Assembly (NCBI GenBank): GCA_043228905.1
Contig: JBHGNT010000001.1
Coordinates: 21,576,001 to 21,640,000, forward strand
Direction of reading: 5' to 3'
DNA from: Azolla caroliniana
Lineage: Eukaryota; Plantae; Polypodiophyta
DNA: 64,000 bases
Position 1 is the stretch's first letter, and every line of letters starts with the position of its first letter. The notes below the pieces were generated by a model. The model ran no database searches. It was given only the letters and a program-made list of their open reading frames with translations, and had not been told where the DNA came from. The translations under genes and the position numbers were made by a program. Shown here in pieces: positions 24,167 through 36,100 of this stretch.

Positions 24167-25347
24167 GATATAGTGTCTTTGAGATAGCATGATGCCATCA
24201 GGAATCTGAATTACTTCTATTCCTAGAAAGTAGTGAAGCTCCTTCATGTTTGTCATTTCGAACCGGCTGGAGAGAAGCTTCTTGATGTGCTCAATATCTG
24301 CTAAATGCTCTCCGCCTATGACCAAGTCATCCACATAAATGATGATAAATACTTGTCCTCTGGAGTCACTCTGGATGGAAAGAGAGTTGTCAAACTTGGA
24401 CATGTTGAAATTGATTTGATGAAGGTATTGAGTTATCTTCGAGGGTAGGCTCTAGGTGCATGCTTGAGGCCGTAGAGAGGCTTTTGAGTCAGCAGAAGAA
24501 AGTCAGATGCATAATTGACTCGAAACGAGGTGGTCGCACCATGTACACCTCCTCATTTAATTTGACCTGGAGAAATGCGTTCTTGACATCCATTTGATGG
24601 AGGTGCCACCAATTTGTTGCTTCAAGTGTGATCACGGTACTGATTGTAGTCATCTTTGCCACCGGCGCAAAGGTCTCTTCGTAATCGACATCGTGCGTCT
24701 ATGCATAGCCTTTCGCCACAAGCCAGGCCTTGTACCGATTGACAGTGCCATTGGCGTTGTGCTTCACTTTGAAGATCCCCCGACATCCAATTTCTTTTTG
24801 GTGGCGTGATGAAGGGACAAGATCCCATGTCTCATTCTTGGAGAGTGCTTGTATCTCCTCGTTCATCGCTTCGACCCATCTAGGGTCCTTCGCAGCTTCG
24901 GGAAAAAGGTTTCCGGTTCTCAGACTATCGCCACCTTCAACATGAATGCATAATGATATGCCATGTAGTTGTTGTAGCCGAATCAGTTGACTACATTCTT
25001 CGCTCAGGTGGAGCGACGTGGTTCTTCTGATGTCCTCATGATGGGCACATCTAGTCCATCATGCTCACTATCGGGTGAGTGGTTCGATTCGTTTCTATCT
25101 GAGTCTTCATACTCATGCATTTTGGCCTTACCTTTGGTGTCCTTCTCCGGGTTTGGCTGTGACATGCTTTGGTTGTTGGGAGGCTCCTGAGGTCCACTCA
25201 ACCTAGTTGAAATTGGACTTTCCTCTAGTGTGACCCTCGGTCGATCCTCCTCCTCCACATCTATGTCGAACTCGGTTTCGACTATGTCGGATGGGGTTGA
25301 TTCGACTATATACCAGGATGCCGACTCGTCGAATACGACATCCCTAC

Positions 25348-25519
25348 TCACTCGTACCTTCTTGGGGAAGGGTTGAAGCACTTATACCCTTTTTGCTCGA
25401 GTGAGTACCCTGTGAGTACACATTTCTCCGACTCACTTATACCTTCTTGGTGGAAGGGTTGAAGCACTTATACCCTTTTTGCTCGAGTGAGTACCCTGCG
25501 AGTACACATTTCTCCGACT
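25348..25519. repeat. ~86-bp tandem duplication in the copia C integrase C-terminal region
   Basis: accttcttgg..gaagggttgaagcacttatacccttt..catttctccgact at 25356 and 25441. Confidence 0.9.
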
Positions 25520-27815
25520 TGGGATCGAGCTTCTATCGTTTCTGGTCAGGAATATGTATGTATGCATGCTATTGAACCAAATATCCTGATGTGGGATAGA
25601 TCCGGTTTCTTCCCATAGAACTTTTCACAAGGGGTAACATCCTGCACCCCTAATGTTGTGCAATGACTCATCAGATAGACGGCCGTATTCACCGCTTCAG
25701 CCCAATATGATTTTTGCAAATGCTTCTTGTTCATCATTGCCTTTGCCACCTCAAGTATGTGTCAATTCTTGCATTCGGATACTCCATTTTGCTAAGGTGT
25801 GTGTTGAAAAGTAAACTCCTGTCGGATTCCTTCTTGTCGAAGGTATGTGGTAAGGGCGTCAGAGAAGTAATCTTTGCCGCCGTCTGATCGAAGGCATCGT
25901 ACATGAAGATTGGTTGCCTTTTCAACTTTGTTTTTGAATTTTTGGAAGTGTGAGAACACTTCACTCTTCTGGTGCATGGGGTAAATCCAGGTATGTCTAG
26001 AGAAGTCATCGATGAACGTTACATTGTACCAGCAACCACCGAATGTTGTCATCTGGGATGGTCCCCACACATCTGAATGTATTACATCCTGGATCCCTTT
26101 GCTTATGTTCCTTTCCTTTGGAAATGGTTGTCGGTGTTATTTGCCGAATTGGCAAGCTTCGCATATGCCCGCACTTTCCTTTTCGGTAAAGCTCGGGAGT
26201 CTGATGACAACTCCTCTCAACTGCATTCCTCTGAGCTTTTGGAGGTTGATGTGGTCTATCTTCTTGTGCCACATCTCTATGTTGGCGTCGGCTCTCTGGT
26301 CCTTGGCATACATTGTCGATTTCATCTCGTGAGAGTCAAGGATGAACATTTGACCTTCTCTTCAACCGTGAGCGATGAGTTGAACTTCATTTTCTATGAA
26401 GCATCCTTCATTGTTGAAACGGACTTGCATGCCTTGTTCGACTATCTAGCCAACCAAGACCAAATTCTTTGTTATTGTAGGAACGTGTAGAACGTTCTTG
26501 ATGTAGGTTTGGTTTCCTTCTTCTCCAAATGGGACATTGCCGACATGCTGAATGGGGTGAATTGTGTCATCCCCAGTTTCCACATAGCCGGGTCGTTCGG
26601 GATTTTGTAGCTCCTTGAACCAATCCTCGTGGGATCTCATGTGGTTGGATGCACCTGCATCGACAAACCATACATTTTCTGAGTTGGAGTTGCTAGTTGA
26701 ACCTGACATTGTCATTGAATTCGCTCCTTGTCGCATCAGGAACATTCCGCCATGATCGTCGTAATCGGAATTTGAGGTGTAGTTGGTGAGTTGTCGGCTT
26801 GTGGAGGCCGACTCACTCTTCTTTTTCCAACACTCTACCTCATAGTGGCCGAATTTATCACAGTATCCGCACTGGCGGAGTTGTTTTGACGACCGGGTCC
26901 GACATGATTGCTCCCCCTTCTTATGGACGCTCCGCCTCGTGCGTTCGAAACGTCTTGTTGGTAATAGAAGTTATGTTCTCGGGGTTGCTCTTGGTTGTGT
27001 CGTCCTTGGCCAAATCTTCCTCTTCTCCCACAACCTTGTCCTCTTCCTCCATCAAAGTTCGAATAGAGAATTTTTCCTTCTTGAGTATTACTTCTTGCTC
27101 AAACATGATTCTCCTCAACTAGTAGCATCAACTAAAGATCGAAGGAGGGAGGATTCTACCTCACGAGGACTGCCGACCGAATGGCTCCGAACCGAGGTGC
27201 TAAACCTCCAAGGCAAATCTGCATCATTTCATCATCATCAATGCTAACATTGATCGGCTCGAGGGCATCGCACAACTCCTTGATCTTCAAGGTGTAGCTG
27301 TCGATTGACATATCCCTCTATTCTATATATTGTTTAACTCTTGACGGAGTTGAAGCTTTCTTGCGGTTGTATTGGCCGCAAAGATATTCTTGAGGTTTCC
27401 CCACACCTGCTTCGGTGTTCTCGCCTCTCGGATGTAGCCAAGCATATGATCATGAACACATGATGCTAGACAGTAAAGTGCGCGACTCGTTGCTTTCTCC
27501 CAAGTTAGGTAGTCTGCATGTGCTGGGTTGGGATTATTTTCGTATGTTCCCTCAACATAGCTCCAATAACCTTGGCCGATAAGGTATTGGTGCATCTTGT
27601 ACTCCCAAGATGCAAAGTTGTTTCTGTCGAGCTTCTCGGTGGGAAGAGCGCTTCCCATCTGAGTGATATTGTCGAACTTCTTCTTCTTCTTCTCTTGAAA
27701 CGAACTGAGCAGATTGATGTTGCAGCGATTAGCTGGTTCTTTCCGAACATGGGACTAGGCACAACACATGCAGAGGTGATTGGCTTCGATCAAGCTACCA
27801 AACGCTCTGATACCA

Positions 27816-28171
27816 TGTAAAGAATCGGTGATGATTCTGTGCAGCAGAAGAACTATGTGTGTGTGTGTGTTGAGAGAGAGAGAGAGAGCACAAGGTTACA
27901 GAAAATCAGAAAATTGTATTACACGAGAACAAGAATGTCCAGCAGTTACAAAGAGAAGGAGAAGGTGCTTATGTAGTCACCTTCTCTCTAAGTTCTCTCA
28001 CTAGTACCACCTCTTGGGAAAGAGGTCGTGTTTAACTACTTAAAGAATATGTGTCATAGGATATTAACTTCTATGACACACTAGTTACTATACAACGAGG
28101 TGGGGTGTTCACACGCTTGAGTATCCTAGAGTGTGTTCCCACACATGGGAAGTTGAGTTTAATTCTCAATG
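27816..28171 (-). repeat. 5' LTR of copia C
   Basis: Copy of 17905-18270 abutting the iMet PBS. Confidence 0.92.
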
Positions 28172-30669
28172 GGGTGCAATTACATATTTTGTTTTAGTCA
28201 TCAAGGTCGTTGTGCACACCTGAAGTTTCAAGCTCCACAAGATTGCTCCACATGTGAATTTAAAGAAATATCCAGAGGTCAATTTCCATCTATCCAGGCA
28301 TCCTACATAGTCCAAATCTATATAACCAGCTAAGCCTCTTATGTCAAGTTGGAGGGTCTGTCAAGCTAGCTCTAATACTTAAGTCATATGTCCTAGTCAA
28401 CTGTCTAAAGATATGCTACAATACCTTCCACTGTGGCCAACTAAGTTTGTGCATAAATATGCTTGCTATACCAACCACATGTGCTAAGTCTGTCAAGTGG
28501 CGATCATCTCTTGCATCAAAGAGGCAAAAGTCAATGCATATGATATTGATTTCATATGATCCCCCGTCGGACCAGATGTAAGGCAATGTTTCCAAGAAAG
28601 CCTGTAAGATGGTAGTTGTGTCATTGAATCTCTACAAAATGTAGGTATTGTCTTCATTACTCTGAGAAATTTTGACTGATTGTATGAAATTGTTGAATTT
28701 TCAATACTGCAGTTGATGTGCCTACTTTAGGACATATAGACTCTCCATGAGTTTGTAGACTAGATGTTCCAAGTTGAGTTACACAAACCCATTCGGTTGC
28801 TCCATATAGATTTCCTCATCTTGATCACAATGGAGGAAGGCCATTCTAACATCTAGTTGAAGAATCTCTACGTGTTCGATAGTTACTAGCCTGAGTAAGA
28901 CTTTAAGTGGGGTCATTTTGACCACTTGTGAAAAACTTTCGTAAAAATCAACGTACATATTCCTATTGAAATCTCTTTGCATCCTATCCTAGTATATCCT
29001 AGCAGAATCAGATGTTTGCTCGAGTTTGGATGATCCATCTACACGAAGTTCTCGTCGATTCTTCTTTGTGAAAGATTATGTGCGGAAGCAAAAGAAAAGC
29101 GAACACAGAGAAAATACGCAGGTTTAATGGAGAGCTTGAATATACACAGTACGCGGGAGAGACGGACAGAGAACACATAGAACTCAATTTGTACATACAT
29201 CGTGCTCAGTGAGCACCTTTTATACAAGCCCTGACAATCGGGCTGACACAAGTACTGATAGTACTTGACTACTCATAAATGAGCCTCGACACTCACTCCC
29301 AAAATTATTCCTTTACGAGGAATATCTCCCTAACGGCCTTTCGGTTTACGCACCGATACGGCCTCTCATTACGCACCGGTTTACGCATCCGTTTTACGCA
29401 CCGGTCCGGCCTAACCGATTGGTCCCAACCGATTCGGTCCTTGGCTTGCTGAGCTGATCCAGCCGATGTTGAGCTTGTCTCTCAATACTCCCCCTCAAGC
29501 TCAACTTGAGGCTCTTCCGGATCTTCCGGATCACCGCTCTGGTTCCTCTTGACTCCACGCCTCGCTCGCGCTCCTCTGCCTGTTCGACTCCGTGCGCTTC
29601 GAGCCTTCCGGTCGGCTTGTCTCCTCCCACGGCCCTTCATAGCTCCCTTGTTATCGCGGTGTTGGGCTTCTCCTGCTGCCTTCTTCTCCGCTTGGCCCTT
29701 GGTTGATTCAGTGTATCCGAATCAAACATCCGAACCGACTCGGCTACCTCCGATCAGTTTTCGCTCTCGTCCGAGTTGGTTATCTCCAACTCGTCTGCAG
29801 TCTTCTCGCCCTTGACGGCATCATCTCCCCCATGCTTGGTTGGCTTCGGCTCTTTCTTTCGGCTGCTCCCCTTATGTCTGCTTTTGGACTCTTCCGCGGA
29901 TCCGCCCTCGGCTTCATCAGCCGATCCGAAGTCGAATTCGTCATCCGACTCGGTGTTGCGGCCTCTTCCGCTCCCTTCCTGCTCCCTTGCTCGGTCTTTC
30001 GAGACAGTTCTCCCCCTCAAGTTTGGCACGTCGAGGTGACGCAACCCAAGCACACCCGAGAACTGCCACAACTTGTCCAAACCAAGGGGTTTGGTGAAGA
30101 TGTCGGCAGTTTGTCGATCCATCGGAACATACTGAAGTTCAACTTCACCAGAAAGGACACGCTCATGGACAAAATGGTCGTGCACCTCAATGTGCTTGGT
30201 CCGTGTGTGGAAAACGGGGTTCTTCGCGAGCTGGATGCTGCTGAGGTTGTCGCAGTAGATCGGCGTCGGACCGGACACCTCCTCTTGCAGGTCCTTAAGT
30301 AGCCGCTTCAACCATATGGCTTCGCATGTCGTGGCAGCCGCTCCTCGGTACTCAACTTTGGTGCTCGACAATGCAACTGTCGGCTGCTTCTTACTGCTCC
30401 ACGCTATCATGGCACTCCCAAGAGATAACCTTCACACGCAGCTATGGTTGCGCCCCTGTATTCCGCCTCCATACTCGAAAGAGCGACGGTAGGCTGCTTC
30501 TTGCTACTCCAGGATATTGCTCCACTACCGAGGGAGAAAAGAAATACGGAGGTTGACCTTCTATCGGCTTTGTAGCCGGCCCAATTGGCGTCTGTGTACC
30601 CCTCGAGTCGTATTGGCATCGCGGTCTTGTAGAGGATGCCGCAATCCACTGTGCCGCTCACGTACCGTC

Positions 30670-30985
30670 TGAAACCGACCCGACTTGAGAGAGAGAGAGA
30701 ATACGCAAGGTAGATTGTATTAACAAAGGAGAAAAACTCAACCTCATACAAGGTGGGAGGAGGGTGCTTTATATAGTCACCCTCTCTCTTCATTAACTAC
30801 AAGACTCATGGAGCATGCGGAATGTGAAAGCTCATAAGTTATGTGTCATAGAATATGATTCTATGACTCATACTAAATGTTAGAATACAAAGTGGTGACT
30901 TAATGGTAACTCTTGACCGTTGGAGTGTCTATTCACTCTCAAGGTGAGTTCACACACTAGACCAAGTTGAGCTTGATTCTCAACA
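30670..30985 (-). repeat. Isolated copia LTR without matching TSD, at the RT deletion junction of B1
   Basis: tgaaaccg...gagcttgattctcaaca resembles C-type LTR ends; flanks CCGTC and CTCCT differ; left flank is RT end (RYVSG), right flank is integrase end (HVSKE). Confidence 0.8.
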
Positions 30986-31924
30986 CTCCTTCGACACATG
31001 CACATACGCAATGCTACCGAAAACTCGTAAGTGTCGCAAGTTCGGCTTCATTCCGAAATATAGCTCGTGTGCCGACGCTTTGTCTCCGATCCGGTTCTGG
31101 ATGTATACCGCGGTCCTTACTGCCTTGGCCCAGTAGAACTTGGGCAAGCTCTTCTCCTCCAGCATTGCCCGTGCCGCTTCCACAACCGACCGATTTTTCC
31201 TCTCGGCCACACCGTTTTGCTCCAGCGTGTATCTACAACCGAATTCACGTTGAATTCCCATCTGTTGTAGATAACCATTGAATTGACCGGAAAAGTATTC
31301 TTTTCCGCCATCCGACCGCAGGCACTTGATCTTTCTTCCTGTTTCCATTTCCACGAACCCTTTGAGGTCCCGGAAACAGTCGAAGACTTCACTCTTCCTC
31401 TCAATGAGGTAGATCCACGTGTGCCACGTGTAGTCGTCGATAAAGGAGACGAAATATTGGCTCCCGCCAAGACTAACGTTTTGTGCTGGCCCCCACACAT
31501 CGGAATGTATCAAATCGAGCTTGTTCCGGCTCCAGTTACGCTCGTTGGGGAAAGGAAGTCGGTGTTGCTTCCCAAGCTGGTAGGCTTCACAAATTTGCGC
31601 CTTCTGGCCACTAAATTTGGGCAATCCGAACACCACTTGTTCCGATTGCAGGTCTTGAAGCCGCTGGTAGTTGACGTGGCCTATCCTCTTGTGCCATAAG
31701 TCGATGTCCAACTCGACTTTTTGTCCCTTCACGAACATTGCGGTGCCACCGTCAGTAGAGTCGAGGATGAACATCCTCCCATCTCTGTGCCCATGCGCAA
31801 TAACACGGCCTTCTTCCTCAATGAAACACCCGAGGTGTGTAAACCGGACCTCCATCCCTTGGTCGACGATCTGTCCGACCAACACCAACTTCTTCGTGAT
31901 TGTTGGAACGTGTAGCACATTCAT
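30980..31924 (-). pseudogene. pol: B1 GAG-pre-integrase plus integrase core
   Basis: 314-aa ORF: LWHKRIGH, HSDVWGP, FIDDY, LRSDGGKEY, QNGVAERKNR. Confidence 0.92.
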
Positions 31925-33166
31925 GAGTTTCCTTTTCTACCCGACATGGCTCAGGGGAACTTCTTCGACATTCGCGATCGGATGCGGAGTGTCGTCTCCG
32001 GTTGCGACTACTCCCGGTTGCATCGGTTTTTCTAGGTACGAGAACCACTCCTTATGGCTCGTCATGTGATTTGACGCGCCGGAGTCGACGTACCACACCT
32101 CCTCCGATTTCGGGGTGGTCTACTTCATTAAGTTTGCTTCGTGTCTCGTCACGAAGGCAGACCCTTTTCCGGCTTTTCCGGATCCTTCGGCGTAGTGCGA
32201 TCGCTGCCGGTTTCCTTTGTCGATATGTCCGGAACCGATCCTCTTCGACTTGGCGCACTTTTCCAGCACTCGCTCTCCCTATGGCCTTTCTTGCCACAGT
32301 ACCAGCATTCTATGGAGGGTTTCCCTTGCCGGTTCTCATCGCCTCGACTCCCCCTGTTTCCGGAGGGTCCGGAATTGCTGTCGGCATCATTTCGTTGCCT
32401 CCTTCCTTGATCTCGTCGACCGCCTCCATTGCGCACTGAAAACAATTACTTGTGGAAGTGTTAGAAAACAGAGAAAGCAAAGAATACACAAAGTACATGG
32501 GAGAGACCGAGAGAGCAAAACGTAAAAGCTATATTCAAAACAATATAAACACTCTACACTTACAACTATGCTCAGTAGCACTATTTATAATAGTCCTCGT
32601 GGGACTGACAAAAGGTACCGCGTACTTCAATGCTCCCACGAGCATATGACACTTACTACGAGGCTATAACTGCCTAGTAGTCTAAACTAATACTAGGCTT
32701 CCGGTTACCGATTGGATCCAGCTAACCGGATCCCCAGCTCATCGGCTTTGTTGATTGCTGGCTCGGTTGCTCACCGGCTTACCGATCCGTCTCGCTCACC
32801 GGCTCAGGCTTATCCAGCCGATCCGGCTCCAGTTGAGCTTGCCGCTCAACACTCCCCCTCAAGCTCAACTTGAAGTTAGATTCTAGTGTCATCCTTTGTG
32901 GCAGTCGGTTCTCCCAACCGACTTCTCCTAGCGTCGCTCCGCCTTGCTCGCGCTCCTCATCCGGTCCGGTCCCGTTTGCCATGACCCTTCTGGTTCTATG
33001 CGCCTCGACCTTCTCGGTCGGCATGTCTGCTCAATAGGCCCCTCTCAGCTCCTTCGCTGCTATGACTCCGGTGCTTGTCGATCCGTCGGTTCCTCCGCGA
33101 TGGCATCGACTTCCGCTGCATCTGTGTCTACTTGGCCTCTAGTTGATTCGGTTCATCCGAATCCGT

Positions 33167-36100
33167 CTATTGATCCGAATCAGCTGTCTCCGATTTGTTC
33201 CAGCTCTTTTCCGAATCGGTCACTCCCGACTCCTTCCAGCTCTTGTCCGATTCGGTATCCTCCGACTCGTCTTTCGGTTTAAGACCCTTCACCACATCAA
33301 ACCACGTCCGGGTCTTGGCCTTGCTTCCATCCTTGGCTTCTTCAGCCGGTTCACTGAAGTCGAATTCTTCATTCGACTCCGTATCTCGGTCACTGCCGCC
33401 GTGATGATGATGATTAACTCCGCATAGTATGCACTTTTCTGCCTGCGTGCACACTTCTTCTTTCCGGTTGGCTCGGTCCTCCTTGACCTTGCCAACATTG
33501 CCGCTCGTTCCGACTTGTTCGGACGTGCCGACTTTCTTCGTCGACTCGGCTTCTTTTTCCTCCTTGTCTCCCCCTCTTCCGGTTCTTCCCTTATCGGTGT
33601 CAGCAACAGTTTCTTTGCCTTTGCCTGTTCCAGTGGTGTCTTTGCCCCTTCTTCTCCCCCTCAAGTGCGGCACGTCAAGATGCTGAACACCAAGCATGTC
33701 GGTAAAGTGATGCAACTTGTCCGATCCGAGCGGCTTGATGAAGATGTCGGCAGCTTGCCGATCCGTGTGAATATACCGTAGTTCAACTTCACCGCTCAGG
33801 ACCCGCTCATGCACAAAGTGATAATGCACTTCTATGTGCTTCGTGCGAGCATGGAACACAGGGTTCTTGGCGAGTTGCATCCTGCTGATGTTATCAAAAT
33901 AAATCGGGATCGAGGTTGGTACCTCGATCCGCAAGTCTCGCAGAAGTCGTCGAAGCCAAATGGCTTCGCATGTGGCAACGGTCGCGCCCCGGTACTCAGC
34001 CTTAGTGCTTGACAGAGCCACTGTTAGTTGCTTTTTGCTGCTCCACGCAACAGCTGCGCTCCCAAGGGAAAACATAATACCGGAAGTGGATCTGCGATCC
34101 GACGCATCGCCGACCCAGTCGGCATTCGTGTAACCGACTAGCTCTTCGGTTATACCTCGCCGGTATAACAGTCCCCGGTCCCTCGTGCCACGTACATATC
34201 ACAATATCCGCTGCGTGCACTAAAGGTGCTCCACGGTCGGCTTCTGCATGAACTGACTTATTATTCCGACCGGATAGCTGATGTCGGGTCGCGTGATAGT
34301 CAAGTAAATAAGGCTTCAGAAAATTTTTCGGAACCGTTTCTCATTCCAGGCCGGTCCGGAGTTGGGAGGAAGCTTCTAGTTCCGATCCAAGGGTGTGGAG
34401 ACAGGTCGGCATTCTGTCATGCCGAACTTGTATAGCATATGCAAGATGTAATGTTGTTGTGAGAGCAATATGCCGTTGGGGGTTCGGATCACCTCGATCC
34501 CAAGAAAATACTAAAGGTCCCCCAGGTCCTTCATCTCAAATGCGTCCGACAACTGGAATTTGACGCGGTTGACTTCTGGTAGACCCGGTTCGGTGATGAC
34601 TAAATCATCAACATACAACAGGATACATACTGGACCGGCTGAGCCTTGCCTGATGAAGAATGAAGAGTCAGACTTGGAGGCCGCAAACCCCATCTTACGC
34701 AACCGGTACGTGATCTTCGCATTCCAAGCTCGAGGGGCTTGCTTCAGGCCGTACAATGATTTCTTCAACCGGCATACCGCCGACTTGTTCATCTCCAATG
34801 GAAAACCGGGGGACTGAGTCATAAAGACTTCTTCTTCAAGATCACCCTAAAGAAACGCATTCTTCACATCCATCTGGTGAAGATGCCACCCCCTTGTTGC
34901 AACAACCGCTAGCACCACACGAACCGTCATCATCTTCGCTACCGGAGCGAAGGTCTCGTCGTAGTCGATTTCGTGGGTCTGCGCGTATCCCTTCGCCCCT
35001 AACCGGGCCTTGTAACGGCTAACTAAATCGTCGGCGTTGTACTTTACCTTGTACACCCACTTGCATCCGATCGGTTTACAATGACGGGGAGGGTCAACTA
35101 GGTCCCATGTCTCGTTGACATCAAGTGCCCACATTTCTTCCTCCATAGCGGCACGCCAATTTGCATCCTTTGCCGCTTCTGTGTAGCTCCCTGGCTCACG
35201 CACTTCCGCCACCTTAGTCATGTACGCATAGTGATGCGCCATGTACTCATTGTACCCGTACTGCTTGACGGGATCCTTCTGGCGGGTGGATCGGCATAAC
35301 TCACCGTTACCCGGTTTGAGGCCCTTCTTGGCCGGTTCGGTCTTCGTTGCCGAAGATCCGCCTTTCTACTTGCCGGAGTCGGATGCACACCGATCCGACT
35401 CATCGTTGCCGGTTTCGAATTTCGGCATCTTCTTCTTCCCTTTCTCTTTGCACGTGAACCATCTCCTCGGTTCCTTGCGCGGGGAGAGCACGGCAGAGTC
35501 TCCACTACTCACCGGTTCCTCATCGGACTGGTCAAATTGACTCAGTCTCTCGTTCGGCCCGCTCAATCGAAACGATTCTGGACTCTCATCCTGAGTCCAC
35601 GCTTCATCATCATCTACCTGGGCCAGTTCAGGCTCACTAGCCTCATCCTCTGGCATCGGGTCGGATTCGGAACTCCGAGTCGGTAAGGAGTACCACGATG
35701 CTGATTCATCGAACTCGACATCTCGACTAACTCGGACCTGTTTTGTTCGGGGGTTATAACTCTTATAACCCTTTTGCTCTTGAGCATAGCCAACTAGGAT
35801 GCATTTTTCCGATTTTGCATCCAGCTTCCTCCGCTTCTCATCCGGTACATGCACATATGCAATGCTACTGAAGATCTTAAGGTGTCTCAAATTCAGCTTG
35901 CGCCTGAAATACAGCTCGTGAGCTGACACCTTGTCACCGATCCGGTTCTGAATGTAGACAGCCGTTCGGATTGCCTCCGCCCAGTAGAATTTGGGCATGC
36001 TCTTCTCCTCCAGCATTGCCCTTGCCGCATCAATAAGTGATCATTTCTTCCTTTCGGCAACACTGTTCTGTTCCGGTGTGTATCTGTAGCTGAACTCTCG

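Larger units (their letters stand above)
17905..28171 (-). mobile_element. Full-length degenerate copia C (second Bryco-like subfamily) carrying a nested Tnt1-like element
   Basis: LTRs 17905-18270 and 27816-28171; PBS gctctgatacca 27804-27815; gag 27323-27658; PR WFVDAGASNHM; INT 25546-26349; RT YVDD ~24330; RH 18394-18699; decayed TSD GGACG/GGGTG. Confidence 0.92.
17300..28985 (-). mobile_element. Old, heavily decayed copia remnant (RT-RNase H-PPT-3' LTR) hosting element C; boundaries approximate
   Basis: RH SKHIEIQYHFV at 17583-17768, PPT-like ctccccc ~17541, RT QLDVRMAFLH..EEIYMEQPNGF at 28779-28982; the TEAEY..EAIW region is split across the C insertion. Confidence 0.65.
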
